Virus record (IMG/VR): IMGVR_UViG_3300013104_000002
Location: 64,001-128,000 of that record
Length of the DNA: 64,000 bases
Direction: 5' to 3' (one strand)
Source: a virus
Each line of letters starts with the position of its first letter. The stretch's first letter is position 1. Shown here in pieces: positions 1-9,819 of this stretch. Position numbers and translations under genes: made by a program. The notes under the pieces are model-generated. The model made no database searches. It saw only the letters and a list, made by a program, of their open reading frames with translations, and was not told the origin of the DNA.

Positions 1-1223
1 ATTTTCACAGAAGGGATTTTAGTTCTAATATAATCTATTAAACTTTCAATACTTGCCTGATATCCTGTGGTATTAGAAACATTTTCTCCTAATCTAATAA
101 TAACACAGTCTCTTCCTACTAAATCAGCGTCTAATTGCGTTTTATCCCAAGTAGTGTGATTTGCTTCCCAATCTGCTATATTTCTTCCGTAAACTACAGC
201 GGAAGGGTTGCTTTTCTTCAATCTTGTTTCTAATACATGAACAAAATCTTTCTCTCTCAAACTTGCTGCCATTCCCCATTCTCCCCACCAATACGATAAA
301 ATTGGATGTTTTGTTATGGAATTTCCTAAAACTAATGTGTTGGTTGGGATATATTCGGACATTTGACGACTTAACTGAGTCTGATATAATTCAACTATTT
401 TATAAAAATTGTAGTTATCACATTTAGTATTAAAAGAACTTCCAATAGAAGCAAAAGCACACTCTTTAGAAGAAAAAAAATCAGGAAAGGCTACACCAGT
501 AGCAAAATTTTGAACAGCACCTATATATATCGATCTTGTAGGTAAAACAGGACTTGTAACATTAGTAGTTGCGGTAGCTCTATTTACTCCATTTACATAC
601 AATCTTAAATCAGTAGGTGCGGAGCTATTCCTGTTGTTTACAAAAAGACCTTTAGTATTTATAATACCAATAGCAAGGGCAAGTCTTGAATTTAAATTCT
701 GACCAGTATGTGTGGCAGCGGCAGAATTTGTACTATTTGGTAGTGTCAATCCTATAATACTAACAGAAGGAGTATCTCCCACTACACCCATTTCAATATT
801 AGCAGATTGTTGTATTTGTGTTCTAGAATAATAGCTAACATGTGCATCATATAAAGTTAGATTTACAGAAGGAATTAACTTAGTATCTGCATACGCATCT
901 ATACCATTTGGTTTAGCTCCTGTTGCTGAATGAACCCAAGTTCCGTTAAAAACTAATCTAAACGCTGCATCTAAATCTCTAGGATCTTTTAAATTGTATT
1001 TATGTGTTGTGGCTGTACCTCCTACAAAGGGGTATAAAGCTTTCATCTTTGTCCATAAACCATACCCTTTTAAATTATTTACTAACTCCCTAATAGCATT
1101 TACTTGTGTAGGATTTGTTATTCCTGTGGCTGTTAAAAAATCACTGGCTTCTGTGCTTGAGGCGTTACCAAATGATGTAAATATAGGACAAAATTCTTGA
1201 TATAATATTTTTTTACTACTCAT
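1..1223 (-). CDS. Tail-associated protein with C-terminal SGNH/GDSL hydrolase domain (runs off the window edge)
   Basis: Not in the ORF track because it has no stop in the window. Manual translation from the ATG at 1223 (TAATG overlap with the upstream gene) stays open to base 1: MSSKKILYQEF...WTKMKALYPFVGG...LVLGNSITKHPILSYWWGEWGMAASLREKDFVHVL...VIIRLGENV. GNSIT and IRLGEN are SGNH blocks I and III. Confidence 0.8.
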   Translation of the reverse strand, partial: MSSKKILYQEFCPIFTSFGNASSTEASDFLTATGITNPTQVNAIRELVNNLKGYGLWTKMKALYPFVGGTATTHKYNLKDPRDLDAAFRLVFNGTWVHSATGAKPNGIDAYADTKLIPSVNLTLYDAHVSYYSRTQIQQSANIEMGVVGDTPSVSIIGLTLPNSTNSAAATHTGQNLNSRLALAIGIINTKGLFVNNRNSSAPTDLRLYVNGVNRATATTNVTSPVLPTRSIYIGAVQNFATGVAFPDFFSSKECAFASIGSSFNTKCDNYNFYKIVELYQTQLSRQMSEYIPTNTLVLGNSITKHPILSYWWGEWGMAASLREKDFVHVLETRLKKSNPSAVVYGRNIADWEANHTTWDKTQLDADLVGRDCVIIRLGENVSNTTGYQASIESLIDYIRTKIPSVK

Positions 1224-3244
1224 TATGATGGTTGCGTTATAGTTATCCAGTAAATTCCTGTACTTAAATACTCAACTACAATTTGATTTTTCAAAGTCCC
1301 TACATATGCACCTTTTATATTCCCAGACCATCCAGCAGGAAATGTTAATATGAAATTACCTGTTACATAAATCGATATAACTTTTGTTTTACCAGCAGCA
1401 GGTAAATTGCTTTCTGTAAATGTTGTGTTTCCTGTTAATATTAAATTCCAAGTGTCAAAACTGTAATCTAAATTGTAGACTCCAGTGGTTGCACTATTTG
1501 TAACAAGTGTTGGGATTGTTTGAAAATATAAAGCCAATCTAGTTCCTAAAGTTGTGATTAACTGCAAGAATGTTCTAGTCTTGGTTTTATTTGAATCAGC
1601 ACTATCTCCTATAACAATATAATCAGCATCTACCAAGGTAGTAGCTTTAGCAGGTAAAGCAGAAATTAGATTCTCTTTAATCCACGTTATAATTATTGCC
1701 CATACTGGAAATTTAGTTGTACTTGCAACATCGGATACAGAGTTAGATTTATTAGTTGTATTCTCATAACTATTTGAATCTAAACTACCATCTCCTTTTT
1801 GAAACTGACTGGAAGTACCTCCTGTAACTTTATTTCCTGTAGTTTCAATACTACCACTTCTTTTTATTGCAGAAGTTTTATTATTTCCCGCAGGTATTGA
1901 AGTACCAGAAAAAAAGAAATTACTTATATCAGTTCCCACAGCCGTATATGTAGTGTAAAGAGAGGTGCTTGAATTATATGTCCAAGTAGAACTATTTAAT
2001 CCTATATACAAATTGTTAACATTTACCTTAAGACTGTCACTGTTAACTGTTGGTGGGTTATTTAAGTCAAATATTGTGGCTGTGTTGGGATCATTCGAAT
2101 TGACATACACTACATTAGAAAATACAGGAGGTACATCATCATTATAATATGAAATGATTTCCCAATCATATGAACTCCAATTATAACCGTATTCTAAACA
2201 GTATTTTGCTTTTACTGAAGTTGGATACCAATCTATAGTGTTGGGAGTAACTAAATCAGGTCTTAATCCTGGATTCACTACAAGGTTGGTCACACCTGCT
2301 CTAAACTTGATCACAAATCTTTTATACTTACTATAACCACTAGGTAAGTTTATTGTATAGCTTGCTACAGTAGAACCACTTAATATTACTCCGTCATCTG
2401 TAGAAGAAGGTGTAAAAACTCCTCCATTTGATAAAGTTACTTGGGCAATCCTGTCATTTCTTAAAGATTGCACATAATTTCTATTTATTAAATCGTTGCT
2501 CGTAGCATTTACATCACTATCTAATAAAGTTAAAGATTGTACTTGTCCTTCAGGAGTCCTCTGAACTATCGTTCCATTTAAAGATGAACCAGAACTATAT
2601 TGTATAGTTGTCTGATTATTAGAGTTGTCTGTAGCATACACTATTTTAGGTGCTGAAACCTTATCTAATTTACCAGATAAATCCTGATCACCTGTATTGA
2701 CTCCAGAAGTATTATTTAACTTAGTTTTATCTGTTGGTGATAATAGTCCTGCATTTGTTGTGTTTGCTAAATTAATAATTGCGTCAGTTCCTGTATCCGA
2801 AGTTACTGTTCCATTTATAGGAGAAGCAATGTAATCTAAATTAGTAGAACCCGTTATTGTTGGTAAATTAGAAAGATCATTATAATCTCCTGAAAAAGCT
2901 ACTACTGCTAACTCATCCGTTTCTACATATGTGGAATTACCATCTGATCCATTATTAATTAAATTTGAAGTATTATCTCCTGGTTGCAATGCATTGTTTA
3001 TAAGTAGCTGAAGACCATCCGAAACTTTAATATTTTTAGTAGAAAATCCTGTAATAGTTATACTTCCATCTGTATTTTCTATAGATTGTACTCCTGCTGA
3101 AACTTGTTTTAAAGCATAAGGAACACCTTCCTTATCAGTAACATATATTTCAAATTTATTTTCTCCTGGAACTTTTAAGTAAGCGAAGGAGTTTGGTTTT
3201 AGTCCAATTAAACTATTTACTTTATATGCAAATACTTGTTCCAT
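1223..3244 (-). CDS. Tail fibre / receptor-binding protein
   Basis: 673 aa, rich in T/S/N/G, with fibre-type motifs (VAFSGDYNDLSNLPTI, AGLLSPTDKTKL, GGTSSQFQKGDGSLDSN); lies in the late block. Confidence 0.7.
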   Translation of the reverse strand: MEQVFAYKVNSLIGLKPNSFAYLKVPGENKFEIYVTDKEGVPYALKQVSAGVQSIENTDGSITITGFSTKNIKVSDGLQLLINNALQPGDNTSNLINNGSDGNSTYVETDELAVVAFSGDYNDLSNLPTITGSTNLDYIASPINGTVTSDTGTDAIINLANTTNAGLLSPTDKTKLNNTSGVNTGDQDLSGKLDKVSAPKIVYATDNSNNQTTIQYSSGSSLNGTIVQRTPEGQVQSLTLLDSDVNATSNDLINRNYVQSLRNDRIAQVTLSNGGVFTPSSTDDGVILSGSTVASYTINLPSGYSKYKRFVIKFRAGVTNLVVNPGLRPDLVTPNTIDWYPTSVKAKYCLEYGYNWSSYDWEIISYYNDDVPPVFSNVVYVNSNDPNTATIFDLNNPPTVNSDSLKVNVNNLYIGLNSSTWTYNSSTSLYTTYTAVGTDISNFFFSGTSIPAGNNKTSAIKRSGSIETTGNKVTGGTSSQFQKGDGSLDSNSYENTTNKSNSVSDVASTTKFPVWAIIITWIKENLISALPAKATTLVDADYIVIGDSADSNKTKTRTFLQLITTLGTRLALYFQTIPTLVTNSATTGVYNLDYSFDTWNLILTGNTTFTESNLPAAGKTKVISIYVTGNFILTFPAGWSGNIKGAYVGTLKNQIVVEYLSTGIYWITITQPS

Positions 3245-3258
3245 TTATTTTTTATGTT

Positions 3259-3600
3259 TTACCATTCATTTTGAGTCCATGAAAATGGCTCATTAGTAGT
3301 GTAATAATTATTGGTAATATCTCTGTACTTTGTTTGAACTGTTTTTAAGTCAACGATTTCTATATTATCATCGTCTAAAGCTCCTCTGAGTTTTTTATCA
3401 AAAAATTCCTGTACTTCACAGTTGTCATTTCTGAGCGTTTCTATTAAAAGATTAATACCTTTTATCTTACTTTTACTTACTTTTCCACCCATTCTGAAGT
3501 GATTATAGTTAAACATTTTATCTGCTTGTTTTAAAGACTTTTTTTCTAAGTCATAAAGTAAAGACTGCTGTGTTATTTTATTTACTTGTAGCGTTCCCAT
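3259..3600 (-). CDS. Hypothetical (putative virion) protein
   Basis: 113 aa ORF, tightly packed in the late operon. Confidence 0.6.
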   Translation of the reverse strand: MGTLQVNKITQQSLLYDLEKKSLKQADKMFNYNHFRMGGKVSKSKIKGINLLIETLRNDNCEVQEFFDKKLRGALDDDNIEIVDLKTVQTKYRDITNNYYTTNEPFSWTQNEW

Positions 3601-3602
3601 AA

Positions 3603-4139
3603 TTAAATTTTACAATCTAGATATCTGTTTAGCATTTTTTTACTTTCTTCAAAGAATCTCTGTGCCTTTACAAAATCTCCTAGTAAGGTATGGGCTTTAG
3701 CTTTATCTTCCCAGAATTTGACTTCGGTCATATAATCTATAAAACCTTCATCAAATATTTCGAGACCATAAGTAATCATTACCTTAGCATATTCAATATC
3801 AAAAGTATCTGTTTTTAGATGATATTTAGTTTCTTCAATGTTTTCATACCCAGATTTTAACGTAATTGTATAAATACCATCAGGTAATTTTACATATTCT
3901 TCTTCCGTACAATCTCCTTTTAAACAGCTAATACCTAAGTTATGAGAATTAAGTGTATTAATAGCTTCTTTTTTAAAGGAGTACGTTTTTTCTTTTGTTG
4001 ATCCTGGCATTTGTATGACCAGATAAGAAGGCAGGTTTTGAGAATAAATCCAGTCAGAATTATCAAATATAGATAATTTGTAAGGACTACCTGTCTCTAG
4101 TATATAAAAATCTATATTTATCTTTCCTACTGTATTCAT
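3603..4139 (-). CDS. Putative virion structural protein
   Basis: 178 aa; beta-rich N-terminal half with LPDGIYTI motif, helical C-terminal half; late operon. Confidence 0.55.
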   Translation of the reverse strand: MNTVGKINIDFYILETGSPYKLSIFDNSDWIYSQNLPSYLVIQMPGSTKEKTYSFKKEAINTLNSHNLGISCLKGDCTEEEYVKLPDGIYTITLKSGYENIEETKYHLKTDTFDIEYAKVMITYGLEIFDEGFIDYMTEVKFWEDKAKAHTLLGDFVKAQRFFEESKKMLNRYLDCKI

Positions 4140-4141
4140 TA

Positions 4142-4336
4142 TTATGCTGTTACTACTTTAACGTCTCCTGAAGTTGTACTGTAAATTTCCCCTACTTTTA
4201 ATCCTCCTGCAACAGCTGTTGAATTGTTAGTATAAATTGGATATACTTTCGGAGTATTTATTTGTGTTAGTATTGTTTTAATCTTTCTTAAAAAATCAAA
4301 AAGGTTTAATTTGTCGATAAGTTCTTGTGTTGTCAT
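4142..4336 (-). CDS. Small structural protein with fibre-tip-like motif
   Basis: 64 aa; C-terminal YTNNSTAVAGGLKVGEIYST resembles a motif I recall from Bacteroidota phage fibre proteins. Confidence 0.5.
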   Translation of the reverse strand: MTTQELIDKLNLFDFLRKIKTILTQINTPKVYPIYTNNSTAVAGGLKVGEIYSTTSGDVKVVTA

Positions 4337-4971
4337 TATTTTTTAATTAAGGTATAATATTTTTTAGTATTTTCGATTCTTTCTTTTAAATGATTCGGTA
4401 CTTTTTTACTATTTTCATTTCCTAGATTTATAGCTTTACTTAATTTAGTAATACTTTGTTCATCTACTTTTTTAGCCAAATCCCATAATTTATTCTTTTC
4501 AAAGTAATAAAGACCTGTTTCCCAAAAGTATTTTGAAGCTATTTCTTCTGTTGTTAACTTTATTTTTGATCCAACCCATTTTGAGAAATCTCTGTAATTA
4601 TCTGAACCAGTTAATTGTAGGCTTCCAGCTCCCCTATGCGTATAACCGTCTCCACTTGCTTCATTACCATTACCCATTCTATTAGCATAAGCTCTGTTGG
4701 CTATTTTTTTAGGTTGGCGGGCGTAGTTTAATCTGTCTTGGGGTGTAGGAAAGTATTTTAAAAAAAAGTCCTTTAAACCTTCCTCTGAATAGTTTGTATT
4801 TTCTTTATCTTTAGTGAAATTAGCAGATTCGATTGAAGTCTGTCCTAGAAAATTAGCTAATTGCTCATCATTAATTTTCCACAACTCTTTCATTTTATTA
4901 AAGGTATTTTTACCTAATATCCCATCTGCCACCAATCCATTTTGTTTTTGAAAATCTGCTATTTTGCTCAT
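4336..4971 (-). CDS. Endolysin: N-terminal peptidoglycan-binding motif plus glycoside hydrolase family 19 domain
   Basis: FQKQNGLVADGILGKNT (PG-binding-1 helix); ANFLGQTSIES, ENTNYS, YANRMGNGNEASGDGYTHRGAGSLQLTGSDNY and AINLG match GH19 lysins. Confidence 0.92.
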   Translation of the reverse strand: MSKIADFQKQNGLVADGILGKNTFNKMKELWKINDEQLANFLGQTSIESANFTKDKENTNYSEEGLKDFFLKYFPTPQDRLNYARQPKKIANRAYANRMGNGNEASGDGYTHRGAGSLQLTGSDNYRDFSKWVGSKIKLTTEEIASKYFWETGLYYFEKNKLWDLAKKVDEQSITKLSKAINLGNENSKKVPNHLKERIENTKKYYTLIKK

Positions 4972-5294
4972 TCTTTATTTTTTAATTTAAACCATTTATA
5001 TAGTTTTACTTTTACTTTTTGGTCATATATAGGATCTATTAATTTTTTAACTATAAAAACTATTATGAAAATAACAACAGCATTAAAAATTGCAAAACCT
5101 GATTTTATAAGTTCTTCAACTACTAGTCCTGACATCGGAGCAGATAAATTAAAATAAGTAAACATTCCTGTAAATAGAGAAGTAGAATATTGTACGGGAT
5201 TTTGCCACACATCCTCAAACATCTCCTGACCGAAGTGTTTAACGCCTAATACTCCTAAAATAGCCAAAAATATAATTTTTAAAGTTGATAACAT
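4968..5294 (-). CDS. Holin-like membrane protein
   Basis: Two to three hydrophobic segments and a basic C-terminus; directly upstream of the endolysin; the ATG at 5294 is preferred. Confidence 0.5.
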   Translation of the reverse strand: MLSTLKIIFLAILGVLGVKHFGQEMFEDVWQNPVQYSTSLFTGMFTYFNLSAPMSGLVVEELIKSGFAIFNAVVIFIIVFIVKKLIDPIYDQKVKVKLYKWFKLKNKE

Positions 5295-5619
5295 CTTTGT
5301 ATGCGATATATAATGCGGAAACAATTACTAAATCTATTATAAAATAGTCTGAATACTCAAAGTAAGTTATACCTTGTAGTCTATCTGAAATATCTTCGAA
5401 AAGTAGTCCTATGAACACTAAACTTAAAAATTTGCTAAATCTTGTTTTATAATCACAGCTTAATAAAGCCAGGATAATGCATGTAGAGTAAATTATTTTT
5501 CTAAGTTCCCAATAATTGTCTATGTCTTGAGGAGAAGTCGTAGGGAAGCAGTAATTTGAAATTAAGTTACTGCCCCACCACAACATCAAAGAAAGAAATA
5601 GAAAGAAATTTTTGACCAT
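5239..5619 (-). CDS. Multi-pass membrane protein (lysis cassette)
   Basis: 126 aa with about four hydrophobic segments. Confidence 0.55.
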   Translation of the reverse strand: MVKNFFLFLSLMLWWGSNLISNYCFPTTSPQDIDNYWELRKIIYSTCIILALLSCDYKTRFSKFLSLVFIGLLFEDISDRLQGITYFEYSDYFIIDLVIVSALYIAYKDVINFKNYIFGYFRSIRR

Positions 5620-5906
5620 TAGTCCTCTTTTTTTGGAGGATTTGGTTTTGTATCTGGGTTAACAGTAAAAGGTTGTACAACCTCTCCGTCCTTAACTCCG
5701 TATTTAGTAGTCATTGTTGAAATGAATATACTTGTTATACTTGCTACTATAGCTATTTGTGAAATCATGCCTGCTACTGATTCGGGAATAACTAATCCTG
5801 ATGTGAGTAACAAACTAGATAGAGTGGTTATAGCAAATGATATTTTAATTATATTTTTAAAAAATGTTGGTGTTGCTGCTTTTAGCCTGTTTATAATTTC
5901 CTTCAT
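5619..5906 (-). CDS. Putative holin
   Basis: 95 aa; RLKAATPTFFK followed by two TM segments and a charged C-terminal tail; close to the endolysin. Confidence 0.6.
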   Translation of the reverse strand: MKEIINRLKAATPTFFKNIIKISFAITTLSSLLLTSGLVIPESVAGMISQIAIVASITSIFISTMTTKYGVKDGEVVQPFTVNPDTKPNPPKKED

Positions 5907-6844
5907 TGTTTTATTAAGTGTTTGTGTTTTTCTTCGTCGTAGTATTCGAAAGGTGTGTTATTTGTTCTATTATTATTGGGATTTAATTTAGCTTTAAAAT
6001 TAGCATATGTAAAACCACTTGCTTCTGCTGCATCTTTTACACAATCGTATAAAATACCCGTTAGTATATTTATTACTTTTTTAGCTTTCGGACTTTTACC
6101 TCCTACCCATTTACCTTTAAATCGTTCCGATACTATATCTCTTTCTTCCTGAGTTTTACTATACCAATTATAAGGTTTTATTTCAGGAATTATAGGGTAT
6201 ATATCATTACCTTCATCCGCGTAAATAAGATCGGTTTTATTTCTAACTAGTCCTAATAACATTGAACTTAAATGATTACTTTTTATATTATAGGCTTTTG
6301 ACGCACTTTTTATAGTGTCATAGAATATGCCAGTTTGTGTACTTAATAATAGTCTCGATCCTGGATGATTTTCTCCTTTTAGCATACATGCTCTTTGGAT
6401 ATCTCTACGTTCTTCTGAGTATTTTATGCCTTTTCTAGCTATACTTTGTTTTAATTTAGTTTCTTTTGACGCTAATCTACCTGTATTTGCTTTTCTTAGT
6501 CTCTCTACTGTCTCTTTTGTTGGAATGTAACCTAAATTACCATCACCTCCGTCAGTCAAATTTACCAGAGTCCCTAATCCTAAATCTTTTCTTCCATATA
6601 ACTTTATAAATTCCTTTTCTTTGGTTTTAATAAATTCATAGTCATTTGATTCTAGTAGGATTTCTACTTCGTATTCTGTTTTATTCACAATATTCTTCCA
6701 GAATTCGCTTCTTTTAATTGTTACAAATGCTCGTGAATATTCTCTTTCGTGCTGAGTGTAATTTTTAGGTTTAGTACCGACTCCTACATAAAAGACTTGG
6801 TTAAGATCTTTTCTTATATGTCTATATAAATAATGTTCCTTCAT
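5903..6844 (-). CDS. GIY-YIG homing endonuclease with NUMOD3/NUMOD1-type DNA-binding repeats
   Basis: HYLYRHIRKDLNQVFYVGVG, E..FIKLYGR, LVNLTDGGDG; ETKLKQSIARKG repeats; two TGI.YD..K.A HTH repeats. Confidence 0.9.
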   Translation of the reverse strand: MKEHYLYRHIRKDLNQVFYVGVGTKPKNYTQHEREYSRAFVTIKRSEFWKNIVNKTEYEVEILLESNDYEFIKTKEKEFIKLYGRKDLGLGTLVNLTDGGDGNLGYIPTKETVERLRKANTGRLASKETKLKQSIARKGIKYSEERRDIQRACMLKGENHPGSRLLLSTQTGIFYDTIKSASKAYNIKSNHLSSMLLGLVRNKTDLIYADEGNDIYPIIPEIKPYNWYSKTQEERDIVSERFKGKWVGGKSPKAKKVINILTGILYDCVKDAAEASGFTYANFKAKLNPNNNRTNNTPFEYYDEEKHKHLIKQ

Positions 6845-6855
6845 CAAGATATTTT

Positions 6856-6881
6856 AAAAAGGGGACTTTTAACATCCCCTT
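6856..6881 (-). terminator. Rho-independent terminator
   Basis: AAGGGGA/TCCCCTT inverted repeat followed by a T run on the minus strand, downstream of the 743-aa structural gene. Confidence 0.7.
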
Positions 6882-6894
6882 ATATAGTTCTTTA

Positions 6895-9126
6895 TTAAAT
6901 ACTTGAAGGATCAACCCCTGGAATACCAACTTTTGCTGCCAAACCATTTAATAAAGTCTGTAATTGTAGATGTTTACCCTCTTCAATAATTATCATAAAA
7001 TCATGTGTTATGTTTGAACGAGAGCCAGGTGATTGAGATAACAATTGATCTCTGTATTGAACATGGAATCTGATTAATCTTTTATGATATTTTAATATCT
7101 TTTCCTGACTAAGATTTGCACGTACAAATAGATTCTTTTTATAAGTTGTTTTGTTCGTGTAGTGGGCGCGCCCCATGGCTTCGGCTCCAAAAAATGACTC
7201 ACTTAAGTTGTCCACATCTTGAGCATATTCTAATTTTTCGACTCTTGCAAATTCAACATCTGCGTCATAATTACTGCCAGTATAGTTTAAGATATCATCT
7301 TCCCTCCAACCAAATGACGCAGAACGAACTTTTAACGAAGTTTGAATAAACGGAATCCAGTCCTCTTCTACGCTTTCTGGATAAATATAAAAAGGCTTAC
7401 CTTTAATATAGAATCCCATCAAGGCTGAGTCTGAGCTTTCGTCTGCTTGCTCTTTCCAGTATATTTCTTCAAAAGGAAGTGGTGCTTCTGCTGTGAAAGG
7501 CTGTAAGAAAATGGCTGAGCATTCATCACATACTAAGTTAGATAAAACTGTAGTAGAATAAACTCTTTTACATCCTCCAACTTGTGCTGCTGATACTTGT
7601 GTTACTGCGCTTAAAGTTTCTGTCAATCCTCCTGCTGTTGCTGTAACTGTTGGAAAAGATTCTGTTGGTGCTACTATTGTTAATACTGCTCCTGATGCTG
7701 TAACTGTTGCTCCTTTTGCAGATAGAATATTTGCGCCGTGTGCTGCAACGAATGCTGCTACTGTAGCTGTTGGGCTTGTGATATAAGTTGTAGCGTAAGT
7801 AGTTCCACCAATAACTAAGGACATGTCTCCTGTGCTTCCTGTGATAGTAGCTGTTCTTGAAGAGTTTCCTGTAAAACCTCCTTCAATGATTGTCAATTCT
7901 GGATAAGCAGCTTGTAATTCTGTTAAACGAGATTGACCGCACTCATTATCTTTTAAAATAATAGAGTAATTTTTAACAACAGCTGTACAAGTTTCGCCAT
8001 CTGTCCAAGTATAAGTAGTTGAAGTAGAATCAGAACATACATTTTCTGTTTGTCCTATTACTTTTACTTCTGCTGTTGGGTTTGCTGTTACAAAAGTTGT
8101 ATGTTCTGCCTGAGTTAAAACGTTATCTAAAACTACTGAATAAGTTCCTTTACCATCTTTATTTCCGAATTTTACCGCTGTTCCTGAAACTGCTCCTGGA
8201 ATTGCTTGTACAGTTGATGTACTGTTTGATCCATCGTCCTCTAAAGATACATGGTAAACAATACCTCCTGTTAGTGAGTCATAACCTGCTTGGCAAGCTT
8301 CACATCCTTTTGCATATACATTATAAATTGTTTTTGTATAATCTGCTAAAGTTGCAGAAGCCAAATGTAAAATTGTATAAGTAGAAGTTCCATCTAATCT
8401 TGCTGTTCTTTCAACTTTATAAGCTGGATACTGTGCTTGAATATCTGCTAAATCGTTAGAATCTCCATTATCAATTACATTGATTGTAGAGAATACAGAG
8501 TCAACTCCTGTTTGTGCTACTGTTTCGCTATTGATAACACCTACTTCTAAGAATTTAGACAAGCTATCTTCTGTTGAAGTATATCCATTAGCAACTGGAA
8601 TTTTATCCTCGTTGATTTCTTTTACTAATCTTTCGATTACCGTTTGCATTGATTCTCCTTTTTCTCTGTAAGCACGTTTTTGAATAACATACTCACTTCT
8701 TCCAAAAAATAAAGAGGCTACATCGCCATAAACTACGATGTCTACTGGTGCAGATTTTCCTTCTGGAATATTTAATGCTGTGTCTGCGTCAATACCATCG
8801 TATCCTACTTCTAAGTAGTCTACTTTTAATTCTACGTTTGTAGGAGCATATCCTTTAATATCAACAATACTTCCGATTGGGAAAAATCCTGTTGATTGTG
8901 ATGCTACTTCGTTGATACGTAGATTTCCTGGGGTAGTTGTTTCCCCTACTCTGAATGAAATAAGATCTTTTGAGGTCATGCCTGCAAAACTAGAAACTAC
9001 TTCAGCTCCTTGTCCTTTTACCGCCTTATTTTTGACAATAGCTAATTGTCCTTTTGCTAAATTACCTGCATACCCTGTTGTTAAGACATTGGATACTACG
9101 ACAGGTTTCGAGATTGCTCCGTGCAT
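6895..9126 (-). CDS. Major virion structural protein (auxiliary capsid/decoration-like)
   Basis: 743 aa with codon usage like the MCP gene and a T/A-rich Ig-like insert; third gene downstream of the MCP, as in the crAss-like head module. Confidence 0.6.
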   Translation of the reverse strand: MHGAISKPVVVSNVLTTGYAGNLAKGQLAIVKNKAVKGQGAEVVSSFAGMTSKDLISFRVGETTTPGNLRINEVASQSTGFFPIGSIVDIKGYAPTNVELKVDYLEVGYDGIDADTALNIPEGKSAPVDIVVYGDVASLFFGRSEYVIQKRAYREKGESMQTVIERLVKEINEDKIPVANGYTSTEDSLSKFLEVGVINSETVAQTGVDSVFSTINVIDNGDSNDLADIQAQYPAYKVERTARLDGTSTYTILHLASATLADYTKTIYNVYAKGCEACQAGYDSLTGGIVYHVSLEDDGSNSTSTVQAIPGAVSGTAVKFGNKDGKGTYSVVLDNVLTQAEHTTFVTANPTAEVKVIGQTENVCSDSTSTTYTWTDGETCTAVVKNYSIILKDNECGQSRLTELQAAYPELTIIEGGFTGNSSRTATITGSTGDMSLVIGGTTYATTYITSPTATVAAFVAAHGANILSAKGATVTASGAVLTIVAPTESFPTVTATAGGLTETLSAVTQVSAAQVGGCKRVYSTTVLSNLVCDECSAIFLQPFTAEAPLPFEEIYWKEQADESSDSALMGFYIKGKPFYIYPESVEEDWIPFIQTSLKVRSASFGWREDDILNYTGSNYDADVEFARVEKLEYAQDVDNLSESFFGAEAMGRAHYTNKTTYKKNLFVRANLSQEKILKYHKRLIRFHVQYRDQLLSQSPGSRSNITHDFMIIIEEGKHLQLQTLLNGLAAKVGIPGVDPSSI

Positions 9127-9154
9127 AATTGTGTTTAGTTAATTTTTGTTGTTT

Positions 9155-9817
9155 TTATTTTTGAATTCTTAAAGTCTGCAATTGATACCTTGGGTTGTTC
9201 TCGTTTATATCTAAATTAAATACCATCAAACTGATAATATCATCTAGAGATTTGTCGTCCCACTCAATTGGATAATTTTCATCGAAACCTGATTCAGGAT
9301 TCTCGTCATTTAATAGTCGGATTTGATTAGGATAACGGTAGTAGTTTAGTAGAATTTCGTTAACCTTAAAAGTCTTATCTGTGTAGATTGATAAGTTATT
9401 TGAGTTCACTGTGAAAGGTGCTTCTCTCCATTCGAATGAGGGTTTAGTAAACTCGTCTTGTAATACTTCATTTAAATTTTCTGTTCTCATTTCATATAGA
9501 GAGATGATATCTTGACAGTTATTTTTTTCTGCTTTAGCTTGGACATCCGCCAAGTCGAAATAATTGTCAGGTAATTTAAAATCGTATTTTTTTTCAGATT
9601 TGGATGAGTAAGGTATCTTATTATCTAGAACTAAAAAATTCTGTATATACCTTACATCATCTACTCCTCTGTTTTGTAAATGTAATGTTTGAAATTTGTT
9701 TTGACTTTCATTAAATAACAAGCAGAATCTGTAATTGTCAGTTGTGATATTATCATTTGTGCCATTTTTTTCAGCTTTAACTAAATACCTCTCTCTTACT
9801 TGTTCTATTGTAGCCAT
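9155..9817 (-). CDS. Tail ring / head-tail connector protein (crAss-like)
   Basis: 220 aa; LLFNESQ..F, F.LPDNYF and L.YYRYP motifs; position downstream of the MCP. Confidence 0.6.
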   Translation of the reverse strand: MATIEQVRERYLVKAEKNGTNDNITTDNYRFCLLFNESQNKFQTLHLQNRGVDDVRYIQNFLVLDNKIPYSSKSEKKYDFKLPDNYFDLADVQAKAEKNNCQDIISLYEMRTENLNEVLQDEFTKPSFEWREAPFTVNSNNLSIYTDKTFKVNEILLNYYRYPNQIRLLNDENPESGFDENYPIEWDDKSLDDIISLMVFNLDINENNPRYQLQTLRIQK

Positions 9818-9819
9818 TA

